A DNA stretch of 64,000 nt from the human T2T-CHM13v2.0 reference genome, Homo sapiens, in assembly GCF_009914755.1 (NCBI RefSeq), contig NC_060932.1, one strand, 5' to 3'. Shown here one piece after another: positions 1-20,590 of the stretch; position 1 is the stretch's first letter, and every line of letters begins with the position of its first letter. The notes below the pieces were generated by a model that was not told the origin of the DNA, made no database searches, and saw nothing but the letters and a program-made list of their open reading frames with translations. Made by a program: the position numbers and the translations under genes.

Positions 1-111
1 CTCCCGAAATCAGGAGGTGCGTGCCTCTGGCTTGCTGTGTGAACAGACACACTGGGTCCGGTGATTTAAGCTGTAAAATATGTGATTAGACTGCAGGTAG
101 TCTAAATGTCA

Positions 112-1759
<1,648 letters not shown>

Positions 1760-1868
1760 TTAAGAAATGGGTCTTCTCGAATTATAAACTTTAACACCAT
1801 TTTGCATCGAAGAACGAGAATATTTAGTGAGTAATGCACCTATGGTTTGCTTCTCTCCACACAAATCT
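1760..1868 (-). CDS. DSCC1: DSCC1 exon 9 coding part (to TAA)
   Basis: cctacag acceptor, then DLCGEKQTIGALLTKYSRSSMQNGVKVYNSRRPIS*. The nine exons sum to 1182 nt = 393 aa + stop. Confidence 0.96.
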
Positions 1869-2092
1869 CTGTAGGAACAATAAAAAATATATAACATGAA
1901 TATTTTAGGGAACATATTATGATACAGTACTATGTACTTATTTTCTCTCTCTCCCCCTGAATCTGTCTTCTCAACAAGCGTAAGTGTAGGTGTTTGTGGG
2001 AGAGATAGGGTGGGGAGTGGTTCTAAGTTTTAATTAAATTAAGTACATTATATGTATTGTCTCATTTAACCCACACAATAAAAGTAGGAGTA

Positions 2093-3253
<1,161 letters not shown>

Positions 3254-3299
3254 TCATTTTTGAATATTTAAACAGTATAAGAAGGAGAAAGGAGAAGGG

Positions 3300-6200
3300 G
3301 GCAAAAATAGAACAGGGAGACCAATTCAGAGGCAGGTACAAGATGATCCATCAGGGTTTGCTCATAGTTTGAACCAGAAGGTAGGGGAAAGAAAGGACAG
3401 GGATGATTCCTAGACTTTAGTTTAAGTAACTGGATTAGTAGTGGTGCTGTTAACTGTGTTAAGGATGAGGGAGAAGCAACAGTTCTGTTATGAACATGTT
3501 AAGCTTGAAATTCCTATTGGATATCCAACTGGAAAGGTAAATTAAGCAACTAGATATAGGAATCTGGACCTCAGGGAAAAGGGCAAGTATGAAGATGGAA
3601 TTAGGAAGTCATTAAATTTGTTTCCAGGCCTAGATGAGGGCACCAAAGGAAAAGTATAAACAGAAGAGAAGATGGCCCAAAAATAGACCTGGAGCACTCC
3701 AACATTTAGAGATTGAGAAGAAGAACAGGGAGACATCAACAAAAGAGATGGTTTTCTCCCCTCTCATCCAAGGAAGAGGGGAGAAACTTGTGTTTCAAGT
3801 AGGAGGAAGCAGACACTGTCAAATAGTGCTAAGTCAAGTAATCAAGGACAAATAATTAACCATTGAGTATAGAAAGATGGATGTCATTGGATTAAGAAGA
3901 TGTCATTGGGTAAAGGAAAGAATGGGAGGTGAAAAGCATAGAGTGAGTATAGGAAACTTGTAAAAGGCATTTTCTTATGAAGGAGAGCAAAGGACATAGG
4001 GTCCAGTAGGTTGCTATTGTTGTCTTGCAAGATGGGCAATATTACAGAATTTTGTATGCTGATGGGGATGATCCAGAAGAGGGAGACATTAATAACTCAA
4101 GGGATGAAAGGGATAACTCAAGGATCCAAGTCTTTAAGAAGGCAGAGGAGATAGACCTAGTGCAGAAGGATTGGCCTTAGGAGCAGGGACAATTCATACA
4201 CTACACAGGACTGCAAAGGAAGTAGGTGTACACATGAGGAGGTTGGCCAATTTGGCAGTGGGAAAGAAGGTTGTTCTGGCCTCACTGCTTCTATGTTCTG
4301 AAAAAAATAAGATCATAAAAGGAAAGAGAGGGTACTGCTGGTATGAAAAAGGAAAAGAAGATGTAGAAGAAGCTCCAAGGGTAGAGAAGTTTCATGAGCA
4401 AATCATGCCTGGTGAGGGGCCGTTGTAAGTACCACTAGGTTCTTAAGCAAGACTGGCAGCTTCATTGTGTATTCTCCAAAAAGTTTCAGCTGGCCACGTG
4501 TAGGCACAGGGTAAGCAGAAAGTTGAGTCTAATCTTTTTAGCTTTTTGCCAGGGAGATATGGCAAGAGGGAGAGAGGGCCACAGGAGTAAAGTGTAGACA
4601 GTAAGAGCTAAGAAGGCCAGCCACAGGATTCGAGCTGGGTAAAGAGAAGAAAGAGCACCTGAGAGGTGTGATGCAGTGACAAAGTTGTAGTGTTAGTGGA
4701 TTTCAAGCGTTAGGGGACTCAAGATTTTGTAAGAAGTGACTTTGGGGCTAACGTGTTCTACTGCAATCTGGCCTCTCCCAAAATGTTAAATAAAGTAAGG
4801 CATGAGGTGGCAATCAGAGATGGGTGTTTGCCTTAGAGTCATAGTAGGGCCTGTATTTTGTCCCTCAAAGGGGACAGTTTTCCAGGAATGAGAGCAGAGA
4901 AGTGGTTTTAGAAGCAATAGTGAGGAACAGAGATAACACATATTCCACCTCCAGAAGCAGTAATTATGGAGGACAGAGAAGACAGCCACCACCTAAGAGT
5001 TTCTAGGGAAGCAGTATCCTCAGGGAATACTCAAGAAAATTGTGTTCCAATCATAAATCTAAAATGCTGTGCCATTGACTATAAAAAGAACGACCCTCAA
5101 AATCCGTCTTTAATAAATTACTTACTGAATATATGGAGCAATATCTTCTTCTGTCCACTTCTCCCTTAGAGAGAAAAGGCTATTAAAACGTTCCTGATTA
5201 TCCTCAGGTAAATCATCTACTTTCAGCAAAAATATGATTTCTGGTCTCGAGTGTCTATCCACCAGCGCTAAACCCTACAAGAAATGAGAAGAAACAGAGC
5301 AGTTAAAGTAATGTTGTAATGTTTAAACATGACTCATTCTTTTACCTTTAGGTTTAGCTTAGCTCAAGATATTCAAAATGTCAGCTACATGAAACTTAAA
5401 CTATCCAGAGATTTACAATCGCCTTTTTCATACAAAGAGCTCCTTTAAGCAGTGACTTCTTTCCTCCTCTGCAATCTGGCTTCTACCATCAGCAGTCTAT
5501 CAAGACAGCTTTGGTTCTAAAGGTCACCAGTAACCTGTCATTGCCAAATCCAGTGGGCCCTTTTCTTGGATTCATCGTGTTAGCCCTCTATTTTCTATTT
5601 TGTTTTTTTTTCCTTTTTGAGACAGAGTCTTGCTCTGTCACCCAGGCTGGAGTGCAGTGGCACAGTCTTGGCTCACTGCAACCTCTGCCTCCTGGGTTCA
5701 AGAGAGTCTCCTGACTCCGCCTCCTGAGTAGCTGTGACTACAGGTGCACACCACCACATCCAGCTAATTTTTATATTTTTAGTAGAGAAGGGGTTTCACC
5801 ATGTAGGTTAGGCTGGTCTTGAACTCCTGGCCTCAAGTGATCCACCCACCTCAACTTCCCAAAGTGCTGAGATTACAGGTGTGAGCCACTGTGCCCAGTC
5901 CCTAGCCGTCTATTTTCGTTACTGTTGATTACTCCTCCTCCTTTAAATATCTCTCCATCCCTGACATCAGTCTTTTTATTTTCCTCGTAACTTGATGTTG
6001 TAGCTCCCTGAGGCTTCCATCCCAACCACTCTACTTGCTTCACTGTCACTCTACTGAGTAACCTCATCTAAACCTGTAGCCTGAGCCACCACTTACTTGC
6101 TAATGACTATAATACTTATATCTTCAGCTGAGATGTCTCTCTTGAGTCCCAGACCTCTATATCCAAATCTATACATGAACTCATTTATCATCCAAACCTG

Positions 6201-7490
6201 CTCTAGTTCCACTATCCTAGGAAAACAGGAAACTGAGGCATCAGCTTTGATTCCATTAGTCAAACCCCACACCTATGTGGTCACTAAAGTCTATATAATA
6301 GGTGTTAAGGCTTCAGGATTCCTCTGTCCATTCCCCCATTACCTATCTCTTTAGCCAGTACTCTCTTAGTTGGGAGCATATGTGTTGACAGCCTGCACAG
6401 TAATCCTTTTTCATAATCTAACCAACCTTCCATCTGTCCATCTTGTTTATTGTCATAGTATTCTTTTCAAAAGGCCAAACTGATGAGTTCCTGATGAGGT
6501 AACCTCTCTAACTGATGTCACTCAGTGGCCTCAAAGAGCTTTCTAGAAAGAGTTGAAAGTCCTTAGCGCAGTCCACAGTGTCCTTACCTCACAAGCATCC
6601 TTTACTCCAGCCCATGCATCCCTACAACAGTGCCTTAATTTTTATTTGCCCCCCACCTTTGACCGTGCTCTCCTAGATTTCCACCTCTGGCTTTCCCTCC
6701 ATCTAGAGAGCAACAGTTCATCTTTCCATACTCAGCAGCTAAAACGTCTATTCCGTCAGAAAGTCATCCGTGATTGACCAGTCTGATGGCTAAGCCCCTT
6801 TTCTTTGTTCTCATAACATCGTGTGCATGCCTTTCCCATGGCGTAGATCACTCTGCATTGTAAGAACAGATTTATGCATGTAATATGTCTCCCCCATTGC
6901 CAGTTCCCAGGCTAAGCACCATAATGACACCTGGTATGACATTTCTCCTGAGCACCTAGCATGGTGCCTCAACATAAAAAGAACTCCATAAATACCAAGC
7001 AAATCTTTTCATTTAACTAACAAAATATTTACCAAGTATACGCCACATGCCAGGTAGTATGCTACATACTAGCAAGCAACAGCAAACAAAATGCCATCAA
7101 AGTAGAGAGTGGTGAACCACATAAACATTTTTCCAAGCTAAGGGGAGAGTGCCATGAAGGAAAGAATAGCGTGCTATCAAAGAGTAAAACCAGAGGTCTT
7201 TGCTTCAAGCAGAGAATGAAGGAAGGCCTCCTTGAAGTGACTCAAAGATGAGCAGGAGGTGACCAGATGAAATTAGAGAGAATATCATTCTAGAACAAAA
7301 AGCTTTGTGTGAAGGTCCTAAGGTAGGTGAGAGCTTGATGATGTTGAAAACCTGAAAGAGGGTTGGTATGCAGTGAGCAGAAGGGAAGTAGCCAGAGATG
7401 AAGCTATGAAGGTGATCCTGAAGGGCCTTATAGGCCAAGACATGAATTCTGAGTTTTTTATCCTGAGTGCAGTAGGTGACCATTAAACTG
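3300..7490. mobile_element. Degraded L2 fragments flanking DSCC1 exon 8 (about 3300-4960, 5450-6250 and 6990-7490)
   Basis: L2-type motifs such as GTTAAGCTTGAAATTCCTATTGGATATCCAACTGGA, AAGGTCACCAGTAACCTG..TTGCCAAATCCAGTGG and CAACAAATATTTA-like ends. Confidence 0.6.
5126..5274 (-). CDS. DSCC1: DSCC1 exon 8
   Basis: cttgtag acceptor and TCA|GTAAG donor. 149 nt, GLALVDRHSRPEIIFLLKVDDLPEDNQERFNSLFSLREKWTEEDIAPYI. Confidence 0.96.
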
Positions 7491-7496
7491 ATTTAA

Positions 7497-8156
7497 GGCC
7501 GGGTGCAGTGGCTCACATCTATAATCTCAGCACTTTGGGAGGCCAAGGTGGGCAGATCACCTGAGGTCAGGAGTTCGAGACCAGCCTGGCCAACATGGCG
7601 AAACCCCGTCTCTACTAAACATACAAAAATTAGCTGGGTGTGGTGGTGGGTGCCAGTAATCCTAGCTACTCGGGAGCCTGAGGCAGGAGAATCCCTTGAA
7701 CCCAGGAGGCGGGGGTTGCAGTGAGCCGAGATTGAGCCACTGCACTCCAGCCTGGGTGACAGAATGAGACTCAGTCTCAAAAATAAATAAATAAATAAAT
7801 AAAATGATTTAAGCAGGACATTCATCTGATCTGACTAGCATTTATTTATTTATTTATTATTATTATTATTATTTTTGAGACAGAGTCTTGCTCTGTCGCC
7901 CAGGCTGGACTGCACTGGCATGAACTCGGCTCCCTGCAACCTCCGCCTCCCAGGTTCAAGCAATTCTCCTGCCTCAGTCTCCCGAGTAACTAGGATTACA
8001 GGTGCCTGCCACCACACATGGCTAATTTTTGTATGTTTAGTAGAGATGGGCTTTGGCCATGTTGGCCAGGCTGGTCTTGAACTCCTGACCTCAGGTGATC
8101 TGCCTGCCTTGGTCTCTCAAAGTGCTGGGATTACAGGCGTGAGCTACCGCACTTGG
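7497..8156. mobile_element. Tail-to-tail inverted Alu pair (7497-7803 +, 7843-8156 -)
   Basis: Two full Alus about 40 nt apart, each with its own TSD. Confidence 0.9.
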
Positions 8157-8660
8157 TCTGACTGGCATTTTCAAAAGATCATTCTAGTAGCGTCACAGAG
8201 AATGGATTGGAAGGGAGCAAAATTAAAAGTGCAAGGGGCATGCCCAGGGATGCTATTGCTGTTTAGAGGCAGAAAATCAAGGTAGTTTGGACTAGGAGAG
8301 GGGTGATGGAAATGGTGAGAAACGGAACAAAATGAGATACACTGAGTAGGAAGAGGGATTAACAGAAAATGGACCCAAGCGATCTTGTAGAGGTGATAGA
8401 TATGTTCTAAAACTGTATTGTAGTGAGAGCAACTTATTTTAAAATTATTAAAAATATTTTAAAGGTATATTTTATAATATGTAAATTATACCCCAATACT
8501 TTATTGGGTTTTAAGGACTATGTGATGGATTGGATGTACATGCACTCCTAATGGGTGTCTAAGAAAAGAAATTGGTTCCAAATTCAGCTCCAACTCAAGT
8601 ATCATTCACCTAGTAATTAATCAACTGTTGAAGTAAGGTGGCAATGTCTATTGCTATTAC

Positions 8661-9223
<563 letters not shown>

Positions 9224-9376
9224 TGAACCACTGCACTGGCCTTTTTTTTTTTTTTTTTCTTTCTGAGAGAGAGGGTCTCACTCTGTTGCCTAGGCCAGAG
9301 AGCAGTGGCACAATGAAGGTTGATTGCAGCCTCGACCTCCCCGGGCTCAGGTGATCCTCCCACCTCGGATTCCTGA

Positions 9377-9601
<225 letters not shown>

Positions 9602-9642
9602 TAACATATAAGAGTTAAATGAGAATACTTTCCAAATCTTAC

Positions 9643-9695
9643 CTTCATCTACATATTTCTTCCCATAACATTTAAGACAGTGTTCTATCATTTCC
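9643..9695 (-). CDS. DSCC1: DSCC1 exon 6
   Basis: ttttcag acceptor and AAG|GTAAG donor. 53 nt, EMIEHCLKCYGKKYVDE. Phase is consistent on both sides. Confidence 0.95.
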
Positions 9696-10193
9696 CTGAA
9701 AAATTTAAAACACCCACTTGAAAAGTTATAAGCATTTTTATGCACTATATTTTAACCCCATTGCCAACTCAAAATTAAGAAAGAAATTTGAGATTTCAAA
9801 TACTAAGTGATTTTGGTTGCCAAATATTATTTTATTTAAATTAGGAACTAAGTAAAATATACTGGGAAGCTACTATGTGCCAGGCCCCATGCTAAACATT
9901 TTAACATCAATTATGTAAGCATAAATTTATTATTATAAAATAGCTCAAACATATTATTTCCTTTATTTATTGTTTGTTTTATTTTATTTTTTTTTTTTTT
10001 TGAGAGTGCAGTAGCGCAATCTCAGCTCACTGCAACCTCCACTTCCGGAGTTCAAGCAATTCTCCTGCCTCGGGCTCCCTAGCAGCTGGGACTACAGGCA
10101 CACGGCACCACGCCCAGCTAATTTTTGTACTTTTTAGTAGAGACGGGGTTTCACCGTGTTGGCCAGGACAGTCTTGATCTCCTGACCTCATGA

Positions 10194-10313
<120 letters not shown>

Positions 10314-10474
10314 TGACCAAAATTCCCAAATCTTCTTCGGTTGTAATTGTAAACATTTCTCAAAGATATCAAAATACAATGATTGTAGTTTATGCCCTGG
10401 GTTTAATTCCAATCTGTAAAACAACTCCCTTCCCCTTAAGGAAATCTGGATAGACAAGAAATTAAAATACTTAC

Positions 10475-10861
<387 letters not shown>

Positions 10862-11649
10862 TGACCTTCTGACCTCACATCGTCAGCCCGCCTCAGCCTC
10901 CCAAAGTGCTGGGATTACAGGCATGAGCCACAGTGCCGGCCCAAAGAACATTTTATGTAAACTAGCTAATAGATTGACAAAGTCACAGCATACTTTTGCT
11001 CACTGCAAAAAAGAGACACTAGGCTGGGCGTGCTGGCTCACTCCTGTAATCCCAACACTTTGGGAGGCCGAGGCTGGTGGATCACTTTAGGCCAGGAGTT
11101 CGAGACCAGCCTGGCCAACATAGTGAAACCCCATCTCGACTAAAAATACAAAAAATTAGCTGGGCGTGGTGGTGCACATCTGTAATCCCAGCTGCTCAGG
11201 AGGCTGAGGCATGAGAATTGCTTGAACCTGGGAGGCCGAGGTTGTAGTGAGCCAAGATTACACCACTGCATTCCAACTTGGGCAATGGTGAGACTGTCTC
11301 CAAAAAAAAAAAAAAAAAAGTCTTCACTTTCTATAAACAGTGCTTCTTTTTAAGCTTTTCTCCCAATCATTTTAAACTGTGTCTTCAGGGAGATCAAGTT
11401 GTTTTTCAAGAGTACTTTACATATGACTAGCTTTTCTCAAGTGCTTTCTTTTTTTTTTTTTCTTAGAGATGGGGTCTTACTCTTGCCCAAGCTGGTCTTA
11501 AACTCCTGTGCTCAAATGATCCTCCTGCCTCAGCCTCCAGAGTAGCTGGGATATTAAAGGCACATACCATGGCACCCCCTCTCTCCAGTGCTTTGACATT
11601 CAGTTATCTCACAATAATCTTGTCATTCCAAACAGAAATTAGGAAATCT

Positions 11650-11815
11650 GCAGTTGGTACAGTCATTTCATTAGAATGTCATACAAATGAGGTGAAGGTC
11701 ACAGGTTCAATATTCATGATAATCTCTGCTGTGCTGCACTACCATAGTTATAACTCTCATCAGAGCTATCTTGCAGAGGCATTTCTATACTCATAAAGAA
11801 GTCCAGCTCACCAAA
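11650..11815 (+). mobile_element. Possible ancient tRNA-derived SINE (MamSINE1-like)
   Basis: Degenerate tRNA head TTAGAATG...AATGAGGTGAAGGTCACAGGTTCAAT. Weak by-eye match. Confidence 0.3.
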
Positions 11816-11899
11816 GAGATGATAGACTCTGAGGTACAATGTGGATGAGGGCCAAGTTAAGGGCTGGGCTTCATAAAGATCCCTTTCCTATTCCTGTGA

Positions 11900-12067
<168 letters not shown>

Positions 12068-13843
12068 TGAGTAGCTGGGACTATAGGCATGCGCCAACAT
12101 GCCCGGCCAAGTTTTTTGTATTTTTACTAGACAGGGTTTCACCATGTTGGCCAGGCTGGTCTCGAACTCCCGACCTCAGGTGGTCCACTTGCCTTGGCCT
12201 GCAAAGGGCTGGGACTACAGGCATGAGCCACTATGCCTGGCCATGAAATGCCATTTTATAATTGATGGCACGACCACCACCCCAGAGAAAGAAAAGTATA
12301 CATCCACCATTTCTAAAGGAGAATGTTTCTATTCTTACTCTGAAAACATAAAGACAACATTTAAAAAATGGATTGTGTGATGTAAAACTGAGGAAGAAAG
12401 CAAGAAGTAATCTACGCATCCCCCTAGAGAAATTGTATCCATCCCCATGCTGCAAGTTAATAATGCAGAGGGCTGCATTAAAATGCATGGTTTCATTTGC
12501 CTTTAAAAAAAAAAAAAAGCTTTAGGGCTGGGCACCGTGGCTCACACCTGTAATCTCAGCACTTTGGGAGGCCAAGGCAGGAGGATCACCTGAGCTGAGA
12601 GGTTCAAGACCAGCCTGGCCAACATGGCAAAACCCCATCTCTACCAAAAACACAAAAATTAGCTGGACGTGGTGGCGCATGCCTGTAACCCCAGCTACTC
12701 AGGAGGTTGAGGCAGGAGAATCACTTGAACCCACGAGACGGAGGCTGCAGTGAGCCGAGATCACGCCACTGTACTCCAGCCTGGGTGACAGAGTGAGACT
12801 CCATCCAAAAGAAAAAAAATTAATTTTGCTAGGAGTTCAAGGACCTGGGTTCTATGCCATATGCTGTCACTAACTCCACATGTACCCTGGACAAGTTAGT
12901 TGCCCTTCCTAGGCCCTAGTTTCCTCACCAGTTATAAAAAATAAAAGATTAGACTATTTGATGTCTAAGGACTTTTTTTTTTTTTTTTTTTGACGGAGTT
13001 TTGCTCTTTCGCCCAGGCTGGAGGGCAGTGACGCAATCTCCGCTCACTGCAACCTCCGCCTTCCAGTTTCAAGGGATTCTCCTGCCTCAGCCTCCTGAGT
13101 AGCTGGGATTACAGGCACCCACCACCACGCCTGGTTGATTTTTGTATTTTTAGTAGAGACAGGATTTCACCATGTTGGCCAGGCTGGTCTCAAACTCCTG
13201 ACGTCGTGATCGGCCAGCCTCGGCCTCCCAAAGTGCTGGCATTACAGGCATGAGCCACCATGCCCAGCTTGGACCTTTCTTAATCTAACATGGTTCTTCC
13301 TTTACCACCTAATTCAAAAAAATTGGAAGGAGTCAAAGTGTGATTAAAGTCACTGGTAGCAGATTGACCTCATGTAAAGATGAAATCTCTATCCTACAAC
13401 AAGAAAGACAAATATCACCATCTTTTCTTTCTTTAGACAAGAGTTTTGCTCTGATGCCCAAGCTAAAGAATAGTGGTGCCATCTCAGCTCTCTGCAACCT
13501 CTGCCTCCCAGGTTCAAGCAACTCTCGTACCTCAGCCTCCCTAGTAGGTGGAATTACAGGCATGCACCACCACACCCAGCTAATTTTGTATTTTTAGTAG
13601 ACAGGGTTTCGCCACATTGGCAAGGCTGCTCTCAAACTCCTGGCCTCAAGTATCTGCCCGCCTCAGCTTCCCAAAGTGCTGGGATTACAGGCGTAAGCCA
13701 CTGCGCCCGGCCCAAATGACACCATCCTTAAACCCAAAAGAATATTAAATAAACTATACGCAGTAGGGTGAAGATGTCCAAAAACTTCTCTCCCTTATGA
13801 TGCCCAATTTCATCATTGTTAAAATAGTAGTAAGTAACGCTAC

Positions 13844-13934
13844 CTCCAATCTTACAGGCATTTAGAACTTGTAATTGGGTCATTATTTCTTCCTCACTTG
13901 CCTGAATTTGATCAAGCAAATCTTCAGTTGTATA
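13844..13934 (-). CDS. DSCC1: DSCC1 exon 4
   Basis: ttttgcag acceptor and GAG|GTAGC donor. 91 nt, YTTEDLLDQIQASEEEIMTQLQVLNACKIG(G). Confidence 0.96.
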
Positions 13935-14059
13935 CTGCAAAAAGAAAAAAATATTTTAAGGCCTTTGAAGAATATTTTGTTTTTAGATTTCTTGCTGAAT
14001 ATTGAGGAATAAATACATAGAACAGATTAAGGCAATATTTATGCACTAGCTCAGTTTCT

Positions 14060-16645
<2,586 letters not shown>

Positions 16646-17235
16646 TTTTAGAAAGAGTCCATTGGGAAAAAAGGGAACTTCTAGTACAAACATAGTCTTC
16701 ATATACCAGTAGAGTTCTGTAATTTTTAAATTAAAAATTTTAAAACTGTTTTTTACTTTGTTTATGTTTTTCCATACTTTCAGGAATTAGTTAATTTTGG
16801 CACTGGAGTAAGAATAGCTTCCATTATGTCCCCTCTCAAGAGCATCTAGTCATAATTTTAATTAAATAAATTTTTTACCTCTAAAAAAACTATTATTTCA
16901 AAGTTAAGAATATGAGAAGCTCTTAGCTATATAAATGGCATTATGATATATAGGATCTGCTTTAAAATACTCTAGAAAAATTAAAAAGATGGAAGGATAG
17001 AAAGGGGATAGAAGAAAGAAGACTGACAAGACATTAATTGTTCAAGTGAATGACAAATATATGGGGGTCATTATACTATGTGTGCTTTGGGGTGTGCTTG
17101 AAATTTTATAACTTTTTTAACACAAGCATTTATAACAGCTATATAACATAAATTTTAAAAAGTAAGAATGTGACTATTAAGTGCCTCTGATTATAGTTGT
17201 TAAATTCCAAATAAAAAAGTGAAAATAAGTCTTAC

Positions 17236-17370
17236 TTTTGAGCTATTTGAATCCTTCTCTTTTTGACTGTCAGGTCCTTCATATGGATTTTCCATCAAAA
17301 GTTTCTTTAGCTTCTTTAACTTGGGTCTACGTCTTCTTAATTCCCAATAATTATTAGAAAAACCAAAGAT
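17236..17370 (-). CDS. DSCC1: DSCC1 exon 3
   Basis: ttctag acceptor and AAA|GTAAG donor. 135 nt, IFGFSNNYWELRRRRPKLKKLKKLLMENPYEGPDSQKEKDSNSSK. Confidence 0.96.
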
Positions 17371-19163
17371 CTAGAAATTATAATATATCGTAACCTTTTA
17401 GGGGCCATTCTAAAGGAAAATTTCATACAAAATTACAACTAATCAATCTGCCCCCTCAACAAGTACAAAGGAAGCTCCAAGGTATTCTGCTTTGTATCAG
17501 GAAGGTATTTATCCAGCCATCTCAACTAGATGGATGGGCATCCTCAAGAACATCTTTTCAAATCCCCTTAATAAGATACTGTCAACATTGTAAGAATCAA
17601 TAATTGAATGTCACATCTCAAATGTACTCTGAAAACTAGAGTATGCCCAGAAAAAATGACAGGATGGTGACAATTCTCCAAACCAAGTGGAAACAACTAA
17701 AAATGAATATACTTAGGCAAAAAACAAACAAACAAACAAAAAAACAAAACAGAGAAAAGGTATTATAGTCTTCAAATAGGGACATTAAAGGGAAGAGGGG
17801 GTGTGTTGCTCACGTTGAAATGAGGCAGAAGTTAAGGGACAGAGATTTCTGTTTAATACAAGATCTTTCTAATGTTTAGAACTGCAGCTAATTCCACTGT
17901 TCGATTTGTGAAATAGTGAGAGGCCTACCACTCAAAATCCAGTTGATAAGAGGCTAGAGAATGGATGAATATCTGTTATCCTTGCCTGCACTTACAGGAC
18001 TTGCCTAGTTCCTAGCTCTGAGTAGGTGCCCAACAAGTGTTTCATAAAAGAAAAAAGGCTCAACTGGATTATCTTTGGGATGCCCTCCAACTCTGAAATG
18101 GAAGGACAGGGGATGCTTCTACTTTCAAGCTAGGATAAGGCTTGATTGACAAGATGAGGCCTAGAGCCTGAAGGAGATGTTGCTGAATCTAAGGCTTCCC
18201 AAAGAAGAGCTTAAGGACCAAATCTGACAGACTGATTTTATCCATAGTTAAAAGTGGTTTGCTGTTTTATTGTCATCTCAGGAAAAACAAAGCAAAACAA
18301 AAAAATGGCAGCCTTCTGGCTACGTCCAATACACAGATATTGTGGTATGCTTTTGTGTGCTGGGGGAGGTTTGGCATAGTGTTTCAATTAGATGCCAACA
18401 TTTAAAAAATTAGGAGATTTCACCCCAAAAATCTAAATTTCAAGAATTACTTGGAAAAAATAAATCAAAAATCTAGCAGCGCTGGGCCTACTTTCCCACA
18501 AGGCAGCTGAGTAGTGGCCGTCCACCTACTTGGGGACTGTGCTTTCCAATTTGCTGTAGACCCAACCACTCCGTTACTCCTGGGTATCTACCACCATTTA
18601 TCAACCCCAGCCTATTTCTCATCTAACCCCTTTAAGCATCTGAGGTTCAATCACGGATTATGGCTTTGGTTAGTGGATCTTGAAGTTTTAGCCAATCTCA
18701 GTACATAGAATTTCCATAACAAGCAAGAGCTCAAAGATTCTCATAGACATTATTATGCCCTCACAAAAACACCTACAGAACAGATAAGTGATGAAAAAAT
18801 AACACTTTTTTACAATAGGATGAACTGCCAATATTTTTAGTTAATTACAATGAAAGACTTAAAACCTACAAAAACCAACCTAGTATATTTACTGGATGTT
18901 CCTCTATTCTAGTAACATCATATGAATCACTGGAGCTTCCCAGCATTTTCCCTTCTTTCCTCTCCAATTCTGTATTTAAGGATATAGTTGGCCTAAAGTC
19001 ATTCCCAAAGAAATAAGGGCTATGCTTGGATTGTTATATATGTAAGAACTTAGTTACTGTTTTATATATGTAACAACTTAGACAGTTGTTTGGTTACTGC
19101 CATCAATATTCTCCAAAATAATTAAAAGTTTGTTATACTTGGCTACAGATATTAATGAACTAA

Positions 19164-19388
<225 letters not shown>

Positions 19389-19901
19389 TAGTAGAGACAG
19401 GGTTTTACCGTGTTGCCCAGGCTAGTCTCAAACTCCTGAGGTCCGACAATTGGCCCACCTTGGCCTCCCAAAGTGCTAGGATTACAGGCGTGAGCCACCA
19501 CACCTGGCCCAAATTTCTTCATTTCTCCACCTCATAAATATTACCAAATGAACCAGTTACGGTCTGAGGGAGTCTCCTTTCAAAACACATCCACAGCAAA
19601 ATCTACTAAAAATGGGTAGAATTTTTAGAATGACTCATTGAATAATAAACTTTGCACATTATAGAAAAAAGATCAAATTGGGACTTGAAAATCAAAACAG
19701 GAAAAAACAGACAAGTTCACAAGACTCCAACAAACAAGCAATAATAATAATAATAATGCTGAGAAATTCAAATTTCTTTAAAGAACTTCTTAGATTCTCC
19801 CTGATTATAGATTTTACACGTAAACTTTTTAACTAAAGATCAAATTACCATATCTGTTTTCATTCTCAGACTTTTATAAATCAGAGTACAGAAAAGAGCA
19901 C

Positions 19902-20070
19902 CTCAGTGTGAATAATGTTACAGTGTGAATCTTCCTTCTTCAACTGGTCCGGAGTTTTACAACCAGGAATGAAAAGCAACATATTGGAAGTGTCTGCTAT
20001 CTTCAAGTCGTATGTTTTGTCTTTACTGCACAGCACAGCTTGCTCGTCTTTATCACCACGAATCACAAGA
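19902..20070 (-). CDS. DSCC1: DSCC1 exon 2
   Basis: ctacag acceptor and GAG|GTGCTC donor. 169 nt, (S)LVIRGDKDEQAVLCSKDKTYDLKIADTSNMLLFIPGCKTPDQLKKEDSHCNIIHTE. Phase fits exon 1. Confidence 0.97.
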
Positions 20071-20429
20071 CTGTAGCAAAATGGGGGAAAAATATATAGT
20101 TTATTGACAATCCAGTAGCCATTTTCATCATAAACAGTTCTCAAACCCTCTAGGCTTGCAGAACTTAGAATTAAGTTTTGATGCTGCCTCTGCCCCCTGC
20201 TAGCACAATGCTGGATTCCACACAGCAAGCATTGGGCCAACTGAGAGCCACACAGACGCCCCACCCAGAGCCTCATTAAGGAAAAATAATTAAAGATGGG
20301 CAAGACAGATCCATAGAGGCCAAGAGGCCAAATGGCACTACATGGCATCTTGTGCAAACTGCTGGAAAGAACACAAGACAAAGCATCCTGAAGCTTCAGT
20401 CAAGCTGTCTCAATTTTCTACAACATGCT

Positions 20430-20590
20430 AAAGTGGTACTTCTCAAATTTATGCATAGGCATCTTAGAGAGTGTTGTTCAAAAGCAGAGTGGGATACACT
20501 GGGTCTAGGATGGGACCCAGGGTCCCGTATTTCTAACAAGTTCCCGAAGAAAGGCCAAGCTGCTGCTCATGGTACCCCACCCAAGTGTCG
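20430..20590. mobile_element. MER5-like DNA transposon relic
   Basis: GGTCTAGGATGGGACCCAG...ATTTCTAACAAGTTCCC...GCTGCTG motifs. Confidence 0.55.
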
